Of a stretch of 64,000 nt of DNA, positions 19,393 through 29,998 are shown in pieces. Under the pieces are notes generated by a model that saw nothing but the letters and a program-made list of their open reading frames with translations, ran no database searches and was not told the DNA's origin. This stretch comes from an uncultured PS1 clade bacterium. GTDB lineage: Bacteria; Pseudomonadota; Alphaproteobacteria; MED-G09. Position numbers and translations under genes: made by a program. Numbering within the stretch: the first letter of the stretch is position 1; every line of letters starts with the position of its first letter. Location: assembly GCA_902626605.1 (NCBI GenBank), contig CACOFZ010000001.1, positions 35,881-99,880 of the forward strand, in the 5' to 3' direction.

Positions 19393-20592
19393 TTATTTTA
19401 TTTTTATATTAGAAGCATTAAATTTATATATCCAACTTGATTGCATCAATATTATTGGAATAATTTTATTTAGAACATATAAACCTGAATGAATAATAAA
19501 CTTTAATAGTGGATTCTTTATATGAAATACTTTTAAATTTCTCGATGAACTTTTTTGAAGTTTTTTGACTCTTCCCTCTCTGTTTTTTTGAAAATAAAAA
19601 AGACTTCCTTCATAATTATTATTCTTCAAAATAATTCGCGAGAGAATTATAGCATCTTCCATTGCACAGTTTGCTCCTTGACCATATGAGGGTGACATAG
19701 GGTGGGCTGCATCGCCAATTATTAGGGCTTTTTCAGATGCCCAATTTTTAATAAATTTAATATCAAATAGTCCCCATTTATTCGGCTTATCAACATTTTC
19801 TATAATTTCTTCAATGATATTATTGGCGCTACCAAAATCACTTTTTAATTCTTCTTTACTTCCAAATTGATGCCAGGACTCATCATGCCATTCATCTTTT
19901 CTTACCGTCCCAATAAAATTTAGAAGATTACCTTTTTTAACTGGATAATGAACAAAATGTTTTTCATTACCCATCCATATGGTTGGTGATAGCTCTGTTA
20001 TTGATTTTGGTAAATCGTTCATATTCACGATACCTCTCCAAGCAATAATATTTGAAAATTCACTTGAAGCATTAGGGTTTAATGTTTTTCTTACTTTTGA
20101 ATTGATACCATCACAACCTATAATTAACGATCCATCGACTTTTTTATCATTATTAAAGGTTACAGTAACAAAATTATTTTTTTCTTCATATCCTTTGAGT
20201 TCATAATCAAAAAAAATGATTTCTGAATTAATTTTATTAATTTCATCAAATAAAATATTAATTAAATCCTTTCTCTGAGCTTGAAAAAAAGGATATTTAA
20301 ATTTTTTTTCACTGCTATTATTTAAGTTTTGTTTAGCTAGTAAAAAGCCATTATTAAAATTCCTAAGCTCTATATTTACAGGTTTACAGGCAAAAGAGTT
20401 AATTTTTTTTTCTAGCCCAAGGTTATATAAAATGGATGTTCCATTAGGGCTTATGTTTATTCCGGCACCCCTTTGTTCAATTTCTTTTTCTTTTTCAAAA
20501 ATTAAAACATTAATATTATTTTTTAAAAGAGCTAGGGCTAGAGTTAATCCACTGATTCCTGCACCAATTATTATAATTGGTTTATTTTTCAT
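19393..20592 (-). CDS. FAD-dependent monooxygenase (salicylate hydroxylase-like, class A)
   Basis: IIGAGISGL, IGCDGINSKVR (DG motif), IIGDAAHPMSPSYGQGANCAMEDA (GD motif). Confidence 0.88.
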   Translation of the reverse strand: MKNKPIIIIGAGISGLTLALALLKNNINVLIFEKEKEIEQRGAGINISPNGTSILYNLGLEKKINSFACKPVNIELRNFNNGFLLAKQNLNNSSEKKFKYPFFQAQRKDLINILFDEINKINSEIIFFDYELKGYEEKNNFVTVTFNNDKKVDGSLIIGCDGINSKVRKTLNPNASSEFSNIIAWRGIVNMNDLPKSITELSPTIWMGNEKHFVHYPVKKGNLLNFIGTVRKDEWHDESWHQFGSKEELKSDFGSANNIIEEIIENVDKPNKWGLFDIKFIKNWASEKALIIGDAAHPMSPSYGQGANCAMEDAIILSRIILKNNNYEGSLFYFQKNREGRVKKLQKSSSRNLKVFHIKNPLLKFIIHSGLYVLNKIIPIILMQSSWIYKFNASNIKIK

Positions 20593-20675
20593 AAATATTC
20601 CTGATTTTAACTAATTATCACATTGTCATTTTTTATGGGATTGTCAATAAGCCTTGTTCATATGATTATTAAACA

Positions 20676-22616
20676 ATGAATAAGATTTTATGGAATCCTA
20701 ATAAAGAAATTATGCAATCTTCATCAATGATGAAGCTTGGCAAAGATTTTGGTTTCATAAAAGATAATGAAATTCTCGATTATGAATCTCTTCACAACTG
20801 GAGCGTGAATAATCTTGATGATTTTTGGAGAGAGGTTTGGAAAGGTAATGATGTCATTGGTAATTTTGAAGAGAAAGCATTTTCTCCCAATAAAGATATA
20901 AGAAAAGCCACTTTTTTTCCTAACACAACTCTAAATTTTGCTGAAAATCTTCTTGTTGGTGATGATGATCGTCAGGCAATTAGCTTTCATGGTGAGGGAA
21001 GAGAGAGTTTTAGTCTTACCTTAAAAGAGCTTAAAGAAAAGGTTGCTTCATTAGCTAAATGGATGAAAAAATCAGGTGTTGAAAAAGGTGATTGCGTAGC
21101 AACACTGCTTCCAAATTGTCCAGAAACAATTATTGCCATGTTAGCTTCCTCATCTTTGGGTGCTGTATTTACTTCCTGTTCGCCGGACTTTGGTATAGAG
21201 GGAATTCTTGATCGGTTTGGTCAAAGTAAACCAAAAATTTTATTTTCATGCGATGGCTATGGCTATGGTGGAAAAATTTTTGATGTTAAGAAAAAAGCAA
21301 TGGAGGTAAGGAAATCTATTGCATCAATCAATGAGTTAGTTTTTGTTGATTATCTTGATAAAAATAACAATGTAAATGATTCATCTTGGAGCTTTATTAT
21401 TGAAAATAATAAAACGGAAAAAATTATTTTCGAACGTGTCCCCTTTAATTCTCCTCTTTATATTTTGTATTCAAGCGGAACAACAGGAAAACCAAAATGT
21501 ATTGTTCATTCTGTTGGAGGAGTACTGCTTCAACATATAAAAGAACATACATATCATTGTGACTTTAGAAAAAATGATAGGATTATGTATTTCACCACTT
21601 GTGGATGGATGATGTGGAACTGGATGGTTTCAGCGTTAGCCAAAGAAGTTACATTGGTAATATATGATGGATCACCAGTTGAACCAGATATTAATATTCT
21701 ATTTCATATTGCAGATATAGAAAAGCTTACTTTTTTAGGTGTATCGGCAAAATATATTGATAGTCTTGCAAAAGCTGATGCAAATCCAAAAAAATATTTC
21801 AACTTATCAAATTTAAGAATAATTGCTTCAACAGGTTCACCACTTGGACCTATTGGATATGATTGGGTCTATTCAAATGTAAAAGAAGATGTTCAATTAT
21901 CATCAATTTCAGGAGGCACTGACTTGGTTGCTTGTTTTGTAGGAGGTAATCCTTGTTTACCTATTTTTAGAGGAGAGATTCAATGCGCTATTTTAGGTAT
22001 GGATATTCAATCATGGAAGAATCTGAATAACGATATTGTTGGTGAAGCTGGAGAGTTAGTATGCGTAAACCCTTTCCCCTCAATGCCAATAGAATTTCTT
22101 AATGATAAAAATGGTGAAAAATATAAGCGAGCATATTTTACCAAATATCCAAATGTTTGGCATCATGGTGACTTTATTATTAAGACAGATAGAAAAACAT
22201 TCATTGTTGAGGGAAGATCTGATGCAACCCTAAACCCTGGTGGGATAAGGATTGGTACCGCTGAAATATATAGACATGTTGAAAATCATAAAAAAGTAAA
22301 AGAAGCTCTTGCGGTAGGACAAGATTGGGAGGGAGATCAAAGAATAATTTTGTATTTAATTATGAAAGAAGGTGTCACTCTTAATGATAACTTAATTTTA
22401 GAAATTAAATCACTTATAAGGCAAAAAGCTAGCCCAAGGCACGTACCATCAAAAATTTTTCAGGTTAATGATTTCCCTAGAACAAGATCAGGTAAAATTT
22501 CTGAGCTTGCAGTCAAGGATATAATACATAATAAGGAAATTAAAAATACCGAGGCATTAATTAATCCTGAGATATTGAGTATTTTTAGAGAGTTTCCAGA
22601 TTTATTCGAAAAATAA
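20676..22616 (+). CDS. Acetoacetate--CoA ligase
   Basis: LNFAENLL, SCSPDFG, YSSGTTGKPKCIVH, FTTCGWMMWNW, SISGGTD, GRSDATLNPGGIRIGTAEIY. Confidence 0.93.
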   Translation: MNKILWNPNKEIMQSSSMMKLGKDFGFIKDNEILDYESLHNWSVNNLDDFWREVWKGNDVIGNFEEKAFSPNKDIRKATFFPNTTLNFAENLLVGDDDRQAISFHGEGRESFSLTLKELKEKVASLAKWMKKSGVEKGDCVATLLPNCPETIIAMLASSSLGAVFTSCSPDFGIEGILDRFGQSKPKILFSCDGYGYGGKIFDVKKKAMEVRKSIASINELVFVDYLDKNNNVNDSSWSFIIENNKTEKIIFERVPFNSPLYILYSSGTTGKPKCIVHSVGGVLLQHIKEHTYHCDFRKNDRIMYFTTCGWMMWNWMVSALAKEVTLVIYDGSPVEPDINILFHIADIEKLTFLGVSAKYIDSLAKADANPKKYFNLSNLRIIASTGSPLGPIGYDWVYSNVKEDVQLSSISGGTDLVACFVGGNPCLPIFRGEIQCAILGMDIQSWKNLNNDIVGEAGELVCVNPFPSMPIEFLNDKNGEKYKRAYFTKYPNVWHHGDFIIKTDRKTFIVEGRSDATLNPGGIRIGTAEIYRHVENHKKVKEALAVGQDWEGDQRIILYLIMKEGVTLNDNLILEIKSLIRQKASPRHVPSKIFQVNDFPRTRSGKISELAVKDIIHNKEIKNTEALINPEILSIFREFPDLFEK

Positions 22617-22620
22617 TTAT

Positions 22621-24150
22621 TTATTCTGTATTTAGCTCATTATAATTTGGACGTGACATCATAAAATAATATTGCGTTCCATAGCCAGGATAATTATTTA
22701 TTATCTTTCCTTCTTTGGTTTTATACCAACTACCGCAATTAGTTGCCCATACCGTGTCACTAAGTTTCTTCTGTAACTTTTCATTATATGACTTCATTGC
22801 TGAATTCTTTACATCTAAATAATTAAGTTTTTTACTATTCATAAATCGTAAACATTTCATTATGTACATTATCTGGGATTCAATCATGTATATAATTGAT
22901 ACATGCCCGGTATTAGTGTTTGGGCCGTAACAAATATAAAAATTAGGAAAATTTGGAACCATTACACCTCTGTATGCCTCGGCTCCCTTAGCCCAAACAT
23001 CATCTAATTCTAAATCATTTAACCCTATAATTTTAACTGGAGAAATAAAAATATTAGCCTCAAAGCCAGTTCCAAATATTATTGCGTCAACCTCGTGATA
23101 ATTTCCATCTTTAGTTATTATCTTATTATCAATAATTTTATCTATTAATGATGTTTCGAGGTAAACATTATCCCTACATATTGCTGGATAATAATCATTT
23201 GTAGGTATTATTCTTTTACAGCCAATTGGATAGTCAGGTATAAGCTTTTCTTTAAGATTTTCATCTTTAATTTGCTCATCTAGTAACATAAGGGCACCAG
23301 CTTTATATACATCTTCGAATTTAAATAATTTAAATTTAGTAAGGACAGCTGAAACTATTTTTTCAAAAAATTTAACAACTTTATTATGCTTGTAATAAAA
23401 AGCTAAATAGTTTCTCTCCTGTGTTAGATAGAAATAAAATCTATAGAGCCTTGCTAAAAGAGGAATATTATTTAAACAAAATTTTTCAAAAGCACCATAA
23501 TATCTATCAGGTTTAGGCACTATCCAATTATTACTTCTTTGGAAAATAGTCAGTTTTTCAACCTTTCCAGCAATTTTAGGAATAAAACCTATTGCACTTG
23601 GTCCATTACCAATAACAGCAACTTTTTTTCCTTCTAAATTATAATCGTGATCCCACTTAGCGCTATGAAAAGTATGACCGCTAAAATCACTTAAGCCATC
23701 TATATCTGGATACTTGGGATTATTTAGCTGTCCAAGGCCACTAATTAATGATCGCGATTTATAAACATCCCCACTTGATAGAGAGGTTTCCCAATAATTT
23801 TCTTTTTGATTAAATTTTGACTCTTTAACTTCACTATTGAATTTTATATGTGGTCTTATATTAAATTTATCGGTAACGTTCTCAAGATAATCGAGTATTT
23901 CATATTGTTCAGGAAAAGTTTTTGACCAATTTGGATTCATTGAAAATGAGTAAGAGTAAAAATGCGAGGGGACATCACAGCATAATCCTGGATATGTATT
24001 ATTTCGCCAAGTTCCTCCAACACCCTCATTTTTCTCAATGATTAAAAATGTTTGATTTTTTTCTTTTAACAAACTATGTGCCATTCCTATTCCTGAAATA
24101 CCTGCACCAAGAATAATAATGTCATATATAGTGTTGCTATTACTTCCCAT
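22621..24150 (-). CDS. Flavin-containing / Baeyer-Villiger-type monooxygenase
   Basis: GAGISG, GGTWRNNTYPG, BVMO fingerprint FSGHTFHSAKW, second Rossmann motif VIGNGPSA, GCKR, GTGF. Confidence 0.9.
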   Translation of the reverse strand: MGSNSNTIYDIIILGAGISGIGMAHSLLKEKNQTFLIIEKNEGVGGTWRNNTYPGLCCDVPSHFYSYSFSMNPNWSKTFPEQYEILDYLENVTDKFNIRPHIKFNSEVKESKFNQKENYWETSLSSGDVYKSRSLISGLGQLNNPKYPDIDGLSDFSGHTFHSAKWDHDYNLEGKKVAVIGNGPSAIGFIPKIAGKVEKLTIFQRSNNWIVPKPDRYYGAFEKFCLNNIPLLARLYRFYFYLTQERNYLAFYYKHNKVVKFFEKIVSAVLTKFKLFKFEDVYKAGALMLLDEQIKDENLKEKLIPDYPIGCKRIIPTNDYYPAICRDNVYLETSLIDKIIDNKIITKDGNYHEVDAIIFGTGFEANIFISPVKIIGLNDLELDDVWAKGAEAYRGVMVPNFPNFYICYGPNTNTGHVSIIYMIESQIMYIMKCLRFMNSKKLNYLDVKNSAMKSYNEKLQKKLSDTVWATNCGSWYKTKEGKIINNYPGYGTQYYFMMSRPNYNELNTE

Positions 24151-24227
24151 ATTAGCGAGATTATATTTAAGGTATGGATTTGCAAGTTAAATCTTATATT
24201 ATGGTTTATCAATATAAGGAAAATTTT

Positions 24228-25169
24228 ATGAAGGCTGTAAATTACTCTGAAGGTAAAGTTAATTTGATAAATGTCCCTAAACCAACTGGTGAAGGAGTTC
24301 TTGTTAAAATAAATAACTGTGGTATTTGTGGAACTGATATCCATATGTTGGATAGCAATGGTCATTTTCCTCATATTGCCGGCCATGAAATGACAGGTAA
24401 TTTAAGTAATGGAACACTTGTAGCCATAGAGCCACTCAAATACTGTGGAAGATGCGAAGTTTGTGAGTCAGGTGATTATAATCTTTGCTCTGCAGATGAG
24501 GCTGAATTGATTGGGCTTACATCGGATGGAGGAATGGCAGAAGAAATTATTGTACCAGAACATGCGCTAGTTAAATTAAATCAAGAAATGGATGCAAAGA
24601 TTTCTTGTCTTGTTGAGCCAATAGCTGTTGCTGTTCATGGATATGTATTAACTAAAACTCTGTCAAATCATAGAGTGGCTGTCGTAGGTGGAGGGTCTAT
24701 CGGCCAATGTGCAGTTTTTGCAGCTAAGTCAATGGGATGTGAAGTTGATCTTTATGCAAGATATGAGCATCAATTTGAAGCAGCTGAAATGTGTGGTGTA
24801 AAAGAACCAAGTGGCGTTTATGACAGAGTTGTTGATTGTGTTGGGTCGGCTGATGCAATTCAAAAATGTATTGAATTTTTAAAACCTCAAGGAAAAATTA
24901 TTGGATTGGCTGTTGCTTGGGACGATATTAAAATTCCAGGCATTCCAGCTGTCAATAAGGAGGCTTCATATCATACCTCTCGTTGTTATGGATTAGGACC
25001 TAATGGGAGAGATATTGATATTGCAGCAAAAATGCTTTTTGATTTTAATGAGCTAGCATCAAAAATTATAACTCATAGATTTCCTATAGATGATGCTCAG
25101 GAAGCTTTTAGAACTGCTGCAGATAGAAAATCTGGTGCTATAAAAGTTGTCTTAGATATTAATATTTAA
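24228..25169 (+). CDS. Zinc-binding alcohol dehydrogenase (MDR superfamily)
   Basis: CGICGTD, GHE, structural Zn CGRCEVC...C, VVGGGSIG; start moved to the ATG after the AAGGA SD. Confidence 0.88.
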   Translation: MKAVNYSEGKVNLINVPKPTGEGVLVKINNCGICGTDIHMLDSNGHFPHIAGHEMTGNLSNGTLVAIEPLKYCGRCEVCESGDYNLCSADEAELIGLTSDGGMAEEIIVPEHALVKLNQEMDAKISCLVEPIAVAVHGYVLTKTLSNHRVAVVGGGSIGQCAVFAAKSMGCEVDLYARYEHQFEAAEMCGVKEPSGVYDRVVDCVGSADAIQKCIEFLKPQGKIIGLAVAWDDIKIPGIPAVNKEASYHTSRCYGLGPNGRDIDIAAKMLFDFNELASKIITHRFPIDDAQEAFRTAADRKSGAIKVVLDINI

Positions 25170-25186
25170 TTGGATAGGTTATTTTA

Positions 25187-26353
25187 TTGAGTAAATATTA
25201 TAATATTGATGATTTAAGACTTCTTGCAAAAAGAAGAGTTCCTCAAGCAGTTTTTGATTATGCTGATGGTGCAGCAGAGGACGAATTAACAAAAAAAAAT
25301 AATAGAAAAGCTTTTAAAAAATGGAAGCTTATTCCAGACGCTTTAGTTGATGTAGCAGAGGTTGACACAGAAACTGAAGTTCTAGGGACAAAAATGCCCT
25401 ATCCTTTTGCGTTGGGACCAACAGCAATTTCGTATCTTTTTCATCATTCAGGTGAACCAGCTGTTGCAAGAGCGGCTTCTAAAAGAAATTTTCCTTCTAC
25501 ATTATCTTCTATAGCTAGTACAAATATAGAGGATTATGCTGATGCATCCGACGGATCAATTTGGTATCAAATGTATGTATGGAAAAATAGAGAAATTAGC
25601 TATGATTTTATAAAAAGGTGCAAGGAAAAAAAGTATAAAGCAATAATGCTAACAGTAGATGTTCCTGTAGGTGGAAAACGAGAGAGAGATCTTAGAAGTG
25701 GTATGACTGTACCTCCTCGTTTGACTTTAGCTTCAATTATTGACGCAGCTTTTCATCCATCATGGTGGTGGAATTTTATTTTTGGGCCAAAAATCAAATT
25801 CGCAAATGTTAAAGAGAAATTTACCGGTGAAAAGAAAAATCTTAGCAATATTATGACATACATGAATCAACAATTTGATCCTTCTGTGACATGGGAAGAA
25901 GCGAAACAAATTGCGTCTATGTGGGGTGGTCCATTTGCGATAAAGGGTATAATGAATTCAACCGATGCAGAAAAAGCTATAGAAATTGGAGCTTCAGCTA
26001 TTGTTATTTCTAATCACGGCGGAAGGCAACTCGATAGTGCCGCTGCGCCAATAGATGTTTTACCCAATATTGTAAAAAGTGTTAATAATAGAGTTGAAAT
26101 TCTAATTGATGGAGGAATTAGAAGAGGTTCTGATATTGTTAAAGCTATTGCCCTTGGAGCAGACGCATGTTTAATTGGCAGGCCTTGGGTTTATGGTTTG
26201 GCTGCTAAAGGTGAGGAGGGTGTTGGTATCGCTATAGATGTTTTAGCTTCCGAAGTAAAAAGGAACCTTCAACTTTTAGGCTGTAAAAGTTTAAAAGATC
26301 TTAAGAGAAAGCACATAGCTTTGGATCGAGAATTATTAAATGATATTGAGTAG
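25187..26353 (+). CDS. FMN-dependent alpha-hydroxy-acid dehydrogenase (L-lactate dehydrogenase-like)
   Basis: FDYADGAAEDE, LTVD, RERDLR, SNHGGRQLD, DGGIRRGSD, IGRP. Confidence 0.92.
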   Translation: MSKYYNIDDLRLLAKRRVPQAVFDYADGAAEDELTKKNNRKAFKKWKLIPDALVDVAEVDTETEVLGTKMPYPFALGPTAISYLFHHSGEPAVARAASKRNFPSTLSSIASTNIEDYADASDGSIWYQMYVWKNREISYDFIKRCKEKKYKAIMLTVDVPVGGKRERDLRSGMTVPPRLTLASIIDAAFHPSWWWNFIFGPKIKFANVKEKFTGEKKNLSNIMTYMNQQFDPSVTWEEAKQIASMWGGPFAIKGIMNSTDAEKAIEIGASAIVISNHGGRQLDSAAAPIDVLPNIVKSVNNRVEILIDGGIRRGSDIVKAIALGADACLIGRPWVYGLAAKGEEGVGIAIDVLASEVKRNLQLLGCKSLKDLKRKHIALDRELLNDIE

Positions 26354-26356
26354 TAA

Positions 26357-27652
26357 ATGTATCAAGAAAAAATAAAAAATTATAAACAAAGCAATAAAAA
26401 TGAGTTTGACCTTGGCTTTAATAGCGAGAGATTGGCATATATTCCAGGTTATTTTTCATCATATTTAAATAAATTGAAACTTCCAAATTTTACAATCCTT
26501 GTTTCAAGAGATAATCAAATTGTCCATTTATCTTCTCAAGGAGTTGCGAGTGTAGAGGATAGAACTGAATTAAATTATGACTCAATATACAGAATTTTTT
26601 CAATGACTAAACCAATTACCTCATCAGCTATAATGATGCTCTATGAGAGAGGTTTATTACGTTTAGAGCATGAGGTATCTAGATATCTTCCAGAGTTTAG
26701 AGATATTAAAGTTTGGGATGGAGGAGATGTTAAAAATTATAAAGTTCGAGAACCCAGCCAGCCAATCTTAATAAAAGATTTATTAACACATACGTCTGGT
26801 ATGACATATGGATTTATGGTGGGACATCCAGTTATCAAACTCTATAACTCTAGCGGTATAGCTTCAGCAAAAAATCCAGAAACAAAAAAAGAAATGAATC
26901 TTGAGGAGTATTCAAATATTGCAGCCTCCTTACCGCTTACATTTGATCCAGGAGCTAAATGGAATTACTCAATTTCTATAGATATCCTAGGTAGAATTAT
27001 TGAGGTTATTTCCGGACAAAAACTTGATGATTTTTTTAAAGAAAATATTTTTAAACCATTAAATATGATTGATACAGACTTTTACGTACCTGAAGAAAAA
27101 CATCATAGATTTGTTGATTGTTATCAGGAACTAGTTTCAAAGTCAGGTAATAAGCTTAAACGTTGTTACAAAGGTGGTGAAGATATTTATTCCAAAAAAA
27201 GAAATTTTTTGTCAGGCGGCGGCGGCTTATGCTCAACCCTTGCTGATTATGCAAATTTTTGTCAAATGATACTAAATGAAGGTTATTTTGACGGAAAACA
27301 ATTACTAAGCCCGATGACAGTAAGATTTATGAGAGAAAATCATCTTCCAAATAATCAAACTATGAGTGAGATGGGCGATGATAATTTTTCAGAGGTGAGG
27401 CATGATGGTGCTGGATTTGGTCTTGGATTTTCGTGTCTTGTCGATCAAGTTAAATCTATGTCACCAATGTCAACTGGATCAATTTCCTGGGGTGGAATGG
27501 CAAGTACTTTTTTTTGGATAGATCCCAAAGAAAACCTTTTTTCAATTTTGTTAACTCAATTGATACCCTCTGGAAGATATCCTATAAGACCACAAGCTCA
27601 AACTTTGGTTTACTCGGCTTTAAGTGAGCTTAATAAAAATACTAGACTTTAA
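26357..27652 (+). CDS. Serine hydrolase, beta-lactamase-fold esterase family
   Basis: RIFSMTKP (SxxK), LLTHTSG, PGAKWNYS, GGGGL, WGGMAST. Confidence 0.88.
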   Translation: MYQEKIKNYKQSNKNEFDLGFNSERLAYIPGYFSSYLNKLKLPNFTILVSRDNQIVHLSSQGVASVEDRTELNYDSIYRIFSMTKPITSSAIMMLYERGLLRLEHEVSRYLPEFRDIKVWDGGDVKNYKVREPSQPILIKDLLTHTSGMTYGFMVGHPVIKLYNSSGIASAKNPETKKEMNLEEYSNIAASLPLTFDPGAKWNYSISIDILGRIIEVISGQKLDDFFKENIFKPLNMIDTDFYVPEEKHHRFVDCYQELVSKSGNKLKRCYKGGEDIYSKKRNFLSGGGGLCSTLADYANFCQMILNEGYFDGKQLLSPMTVRFMRENHLPNNQTMSEMGDDNFSEVRHDGAGFGLGFSCLVDQVKSMSPMSTGSISWGGMASTFFWIDPKENLFSILLTQLIPSGRYPIRPQAQTLVYSALSELNKNTRL

Positions 27653-27692
27653 ATGATAATAATTATAAGTTCATCTTAATTCGAATATGAAT

Positions 27693-27754
27693 ACGTGGTG
27701 ATTTGAGCCAGTCGGCTTGCGTCCACGTGAAAAAAAATCGCTAAAAATGACTGG
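27693..27754 (+). ncRNA. SAM-II (SAM-alpha) riboswitch aptamer upstream of metY
   Basis: ACGTGG-TGATTT-GAGCCAGTCGGC-TTGC-GT-CCACGT, A-rich linker, GCTAAAAA; loop CCAGTC complementary to downstream GACTGG (pseudoknot); lies upstream of a Met-biosynthesis gene. Confidence 0.85.
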
Positions 27755-27759
27755 GGGAT

Positions 27760-27783
27760 ACCCGGGTAAAGCCGGGTTTTTTT
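27760..27783 (+). terminator. Riboswitch-associated intrinsic terminator
   Basis: ACCCGG-GTAAAG-CCGGGT followed by a T-run. Confidence 0.7.
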
Positions 27784-27810
27784 ATCTCTCAGTAAAAAAA
27801 GGAGATAAAA

Positions 27811-29103
27811 ATGACTATAGATAGTAAAAATCCCGAAACACTTGCCTTACATGCAGGCTGGCGTTCAGACCCAACAACAAACTCTGTTGCTGTTCCAATT
27901 CATCAAACAACAAGTTATCAGTTTGACTCGACTGAACATGCTTCAAATCTTTTTGCCCTATCAGAATTAGGAAATATATATTCTCGAATTATGAATCCTA
28001 CATGTGATGTATTGGAGCAAAGAATTGCTGCTCTTGAAGGGGGTGCTGCAGCTCTTGCAGTTGCATCCGGTCAAACTGCAACAGCTTATGCTTTACAAAA
28101 TATTGCTAGGGCAGGAGATAACATTGTTTCATCAACTGATTTATATGGTGGAACTTGGAATCAATTAAATAATACATTTAAGGATATGGGCATTGAAGTA
28201 AGATTTGTGGATCCTAAAGATCCTAATGCATTTGCGGAAGCAACTGATGATAAAACAAGAGCTTATTTTGCAGAAACATTACCCAATCCAAAATTAGAAG
28301 TTTTTCCAATTAAAGAAGTTTCTGATATTGGAAGAAAATTTGGTATTCCTCTGATAGTTGATAATACTGCCGCACCAGTTCTATGTAAGCCATTTGAGCA
28401 TGGCGCAGCAGTTATTGTATATTCTTCAACAAAATATATTGGTGGTCACGGAACCTCTATTGGAGGACTTATTGTTGATGGTGGGAACTTTGATTGGGCT
28501 GGTGCTGGTGATAGACAACCTGCATTAAATACCCCTGATCCATCTTATCATGGGGCAGTGTTTACTGTTGCTGCAGAACCTCTAGGGCCAATTGCCTATA
28601 TTTTAAAAGCAAGAACAACTATTCTCAGAGATTTAGGCGGAGCTATGAGCCCATTGAATGCTTTTCAATTTTTACAAGGTCTAGAAACACTTCCATTAAG
28701 AATAAGAGAGCATTCAAGAAATGGTCAAAGCGTTGCTGATTTTCTTGAAAAACACGAAAAGGTCAGCAAAGTTATATATCCTGGACTTCAAACTGGAGAG
28801 GCTAGAAAGAGAGCTGATGCCTGTTTAAAAGGTGGCTATAGTGGATTAGTTGGCTTTGAATTATCAGGAGGTGTTGATGCTGGAAAAAAATTCATTGATG
28901 GTCTCGAACTTCATTACCATGTTGCCAACATTGGTGATGCAAGAAGTTTAGCAATACATCCCTCTAGCACAACACACAGTCAATTAACAGAAGAAGAACA
29001 AATAGCTTCAGGTGTTACCCCTGGTTATGTTCGTTTATCAGTTGGTATTGAGCACATTGATGATATATTAGCAGATTTATCTAATGCATTAAATAACGTC
29101 TAA
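27811..29103 (+). CDS. metY: O-acetylhomoserine aminocarboxypropyltransferase (sulfhydrylase)
   Basis: ETLALHAG, PIHQTTSY, GNIYSRIMNPT, SSTKYIGGHG, ANIGDARSLAIHPSSTTHSQL. Confidence 0.92.
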   Translation: MTIDSKNPETLALHAGWRSDPTTNSVAVPIHQTTSYQFDSTEHASNLFALSELGNIYSRIMNPTCDVLEQRIAALEGGAAALAVASGQTATAYALQNIARAGDNIVSSTDLYGGTWNQLNNTFKDMGIEVRFVDPKDPNAFAEATDDKTRAYFAETLPNPKLEVFPIKEVSDIGRKFGIPLIVDNTAAPVLCKPFEHGAAVIVYSSTKYIGGHGTSIGGLIVDGGNFDWAGAGDRQPALNTPDPSYHGAVFTVAAEPLGPIAYILKARTTILRDLGGAMSPLNAFQFLQGLETLPLRIREHSRNGQSVADFLEKHEKVSKVIYPGLQTGEARKRADACLKGGYSGLVGFELSGGVDAGKKFIDGLELHYHVANIGDARSLAIHPSSTTHSQLTEEEQIASGVTPGYVRLSVGIEHIDDILADLSNALNNV

Positions 29104-29124
29104 TACAAATAAATTACTATATTT

Positions 29125-29158
29125 AAAGCCACCTAGCCTAGGTTAGGTGGCTTTTTTT
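29125..29158 (+). terminator. Intrinsic terminator after metY
   Basis: AAAGCCACCTAGC...GTTAGGTGGCTTT followed by a T-run. Confidence 0.85.
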
Positions 29159-29190
29159 ATTTTTCATGTTAAATTTTAAATCGGTGTTAA

Positions 29191-29985
29191 ATGAAAAAAA
29201 TTATTAAAAAAGAAATTCTTCAAAATGGTGTTGTTATTTTAACAATGAATAATCCTGAGGTTAATAATAATGTCACTTGGAAAGCTGCCGAGGATTTATT
29301 TCTTGAAATAAAAAGTTCGAGAGAGAGCGGTAGTAATATTTTTATTTTAGCTTCCGCGTTAAGTGATCATTGGTTTGAACATGCTTGGCTTGAAGATATA
29401 TTAGCAATATACGAAGGAAGGGAAACTACTGCACCAGGTGTTTCATGGTTTTATTTAATGAGAGAACTTACTCATCCTGACATTATTTCTATTGCAAGTA
29501 TAAATGGAAGAGCATCAGGAGGAGGCGCAGAAATTGCCTGGGCTTGTGACTTTAGAATTGCAGAAGAGGGTGTAAGGTTCTGTCAACCAGAAGTTGACTT
29601 AAATTTGACTACTGGTTTAGGAGGAACAAGTAGAGTTGCTCGACTTATTGGGCCAACAAAAGCTGCAGAATTAGTTTTCTTAGGTAATGAGTTTTCTGCA
29701 GAAGAAATGTTGGATTTAAAAGCAATTAATCGTCTTGTTAAAAAGGGAGATTCACTAAAATCTTCAAAAGATTTAGCTGATGAATTGTCAAAAAAACCCA
29801 AGGATGCTCTCATATTGTTAAAAAAAATTTTAAATGATAGTCTCGAGCTTCCGCTTACAGAAGCCCTAAGGAGTGAGCAAGATTTATTTCAATCAATTGT
29901 AAATTCTGACGGTGCAATAAAAAAAATGAGAGATGTACAAGATATGTATTTTAAAGGTATTAAACCAAAAGATATTATTTATTAA
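29191..29985 (+). CDS. Enoyl-CoA hydratase/isomerase family protein
   Basis: INGRASGGGAEIAWACDFRIA, QPEV, GLGGTSR. Confidence 0.85.
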   Translation: MKKIIKKEILQNGVVILTMNNPEVNNNVTWKAAEDLFLEIKSSRESGSNIFILASALSDHWFEHAWLEDILAIYEGRETTAPGVSWFYLMRELTHPDIISIASINGRASGGGAEIAWACDFRIAEEGVRFCQPEVDLNLTTGLGGTSRVARLIGPTKAAELVFLGNEFSAEEMLDLKAINRLVKKGDSLKSSKDLADELSKKPKDALILLKKILNDSLELPLTEALRSEQDLFQSIVNSDGAIKKMRDVQDMYFKGIKPKDIIY

Positions 29986-29998
29986 AAAAGGGAATGAA

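Noticed and set aside
26357-27652. Beta-lactamase / antibiotic resistance call
   Set aside because: SxxK + LLTHTSG + WGG pattern fits the esterase-type serine hydrolases; no KTG motif and no signal peptide
27755-27810. Second (SAM-V) aptamer in tandem, as known in Pelagibacter
   Set aside because: Only about 55 nt remain and they are explained by the terminator and anti-SD; no second aptamer core is visible
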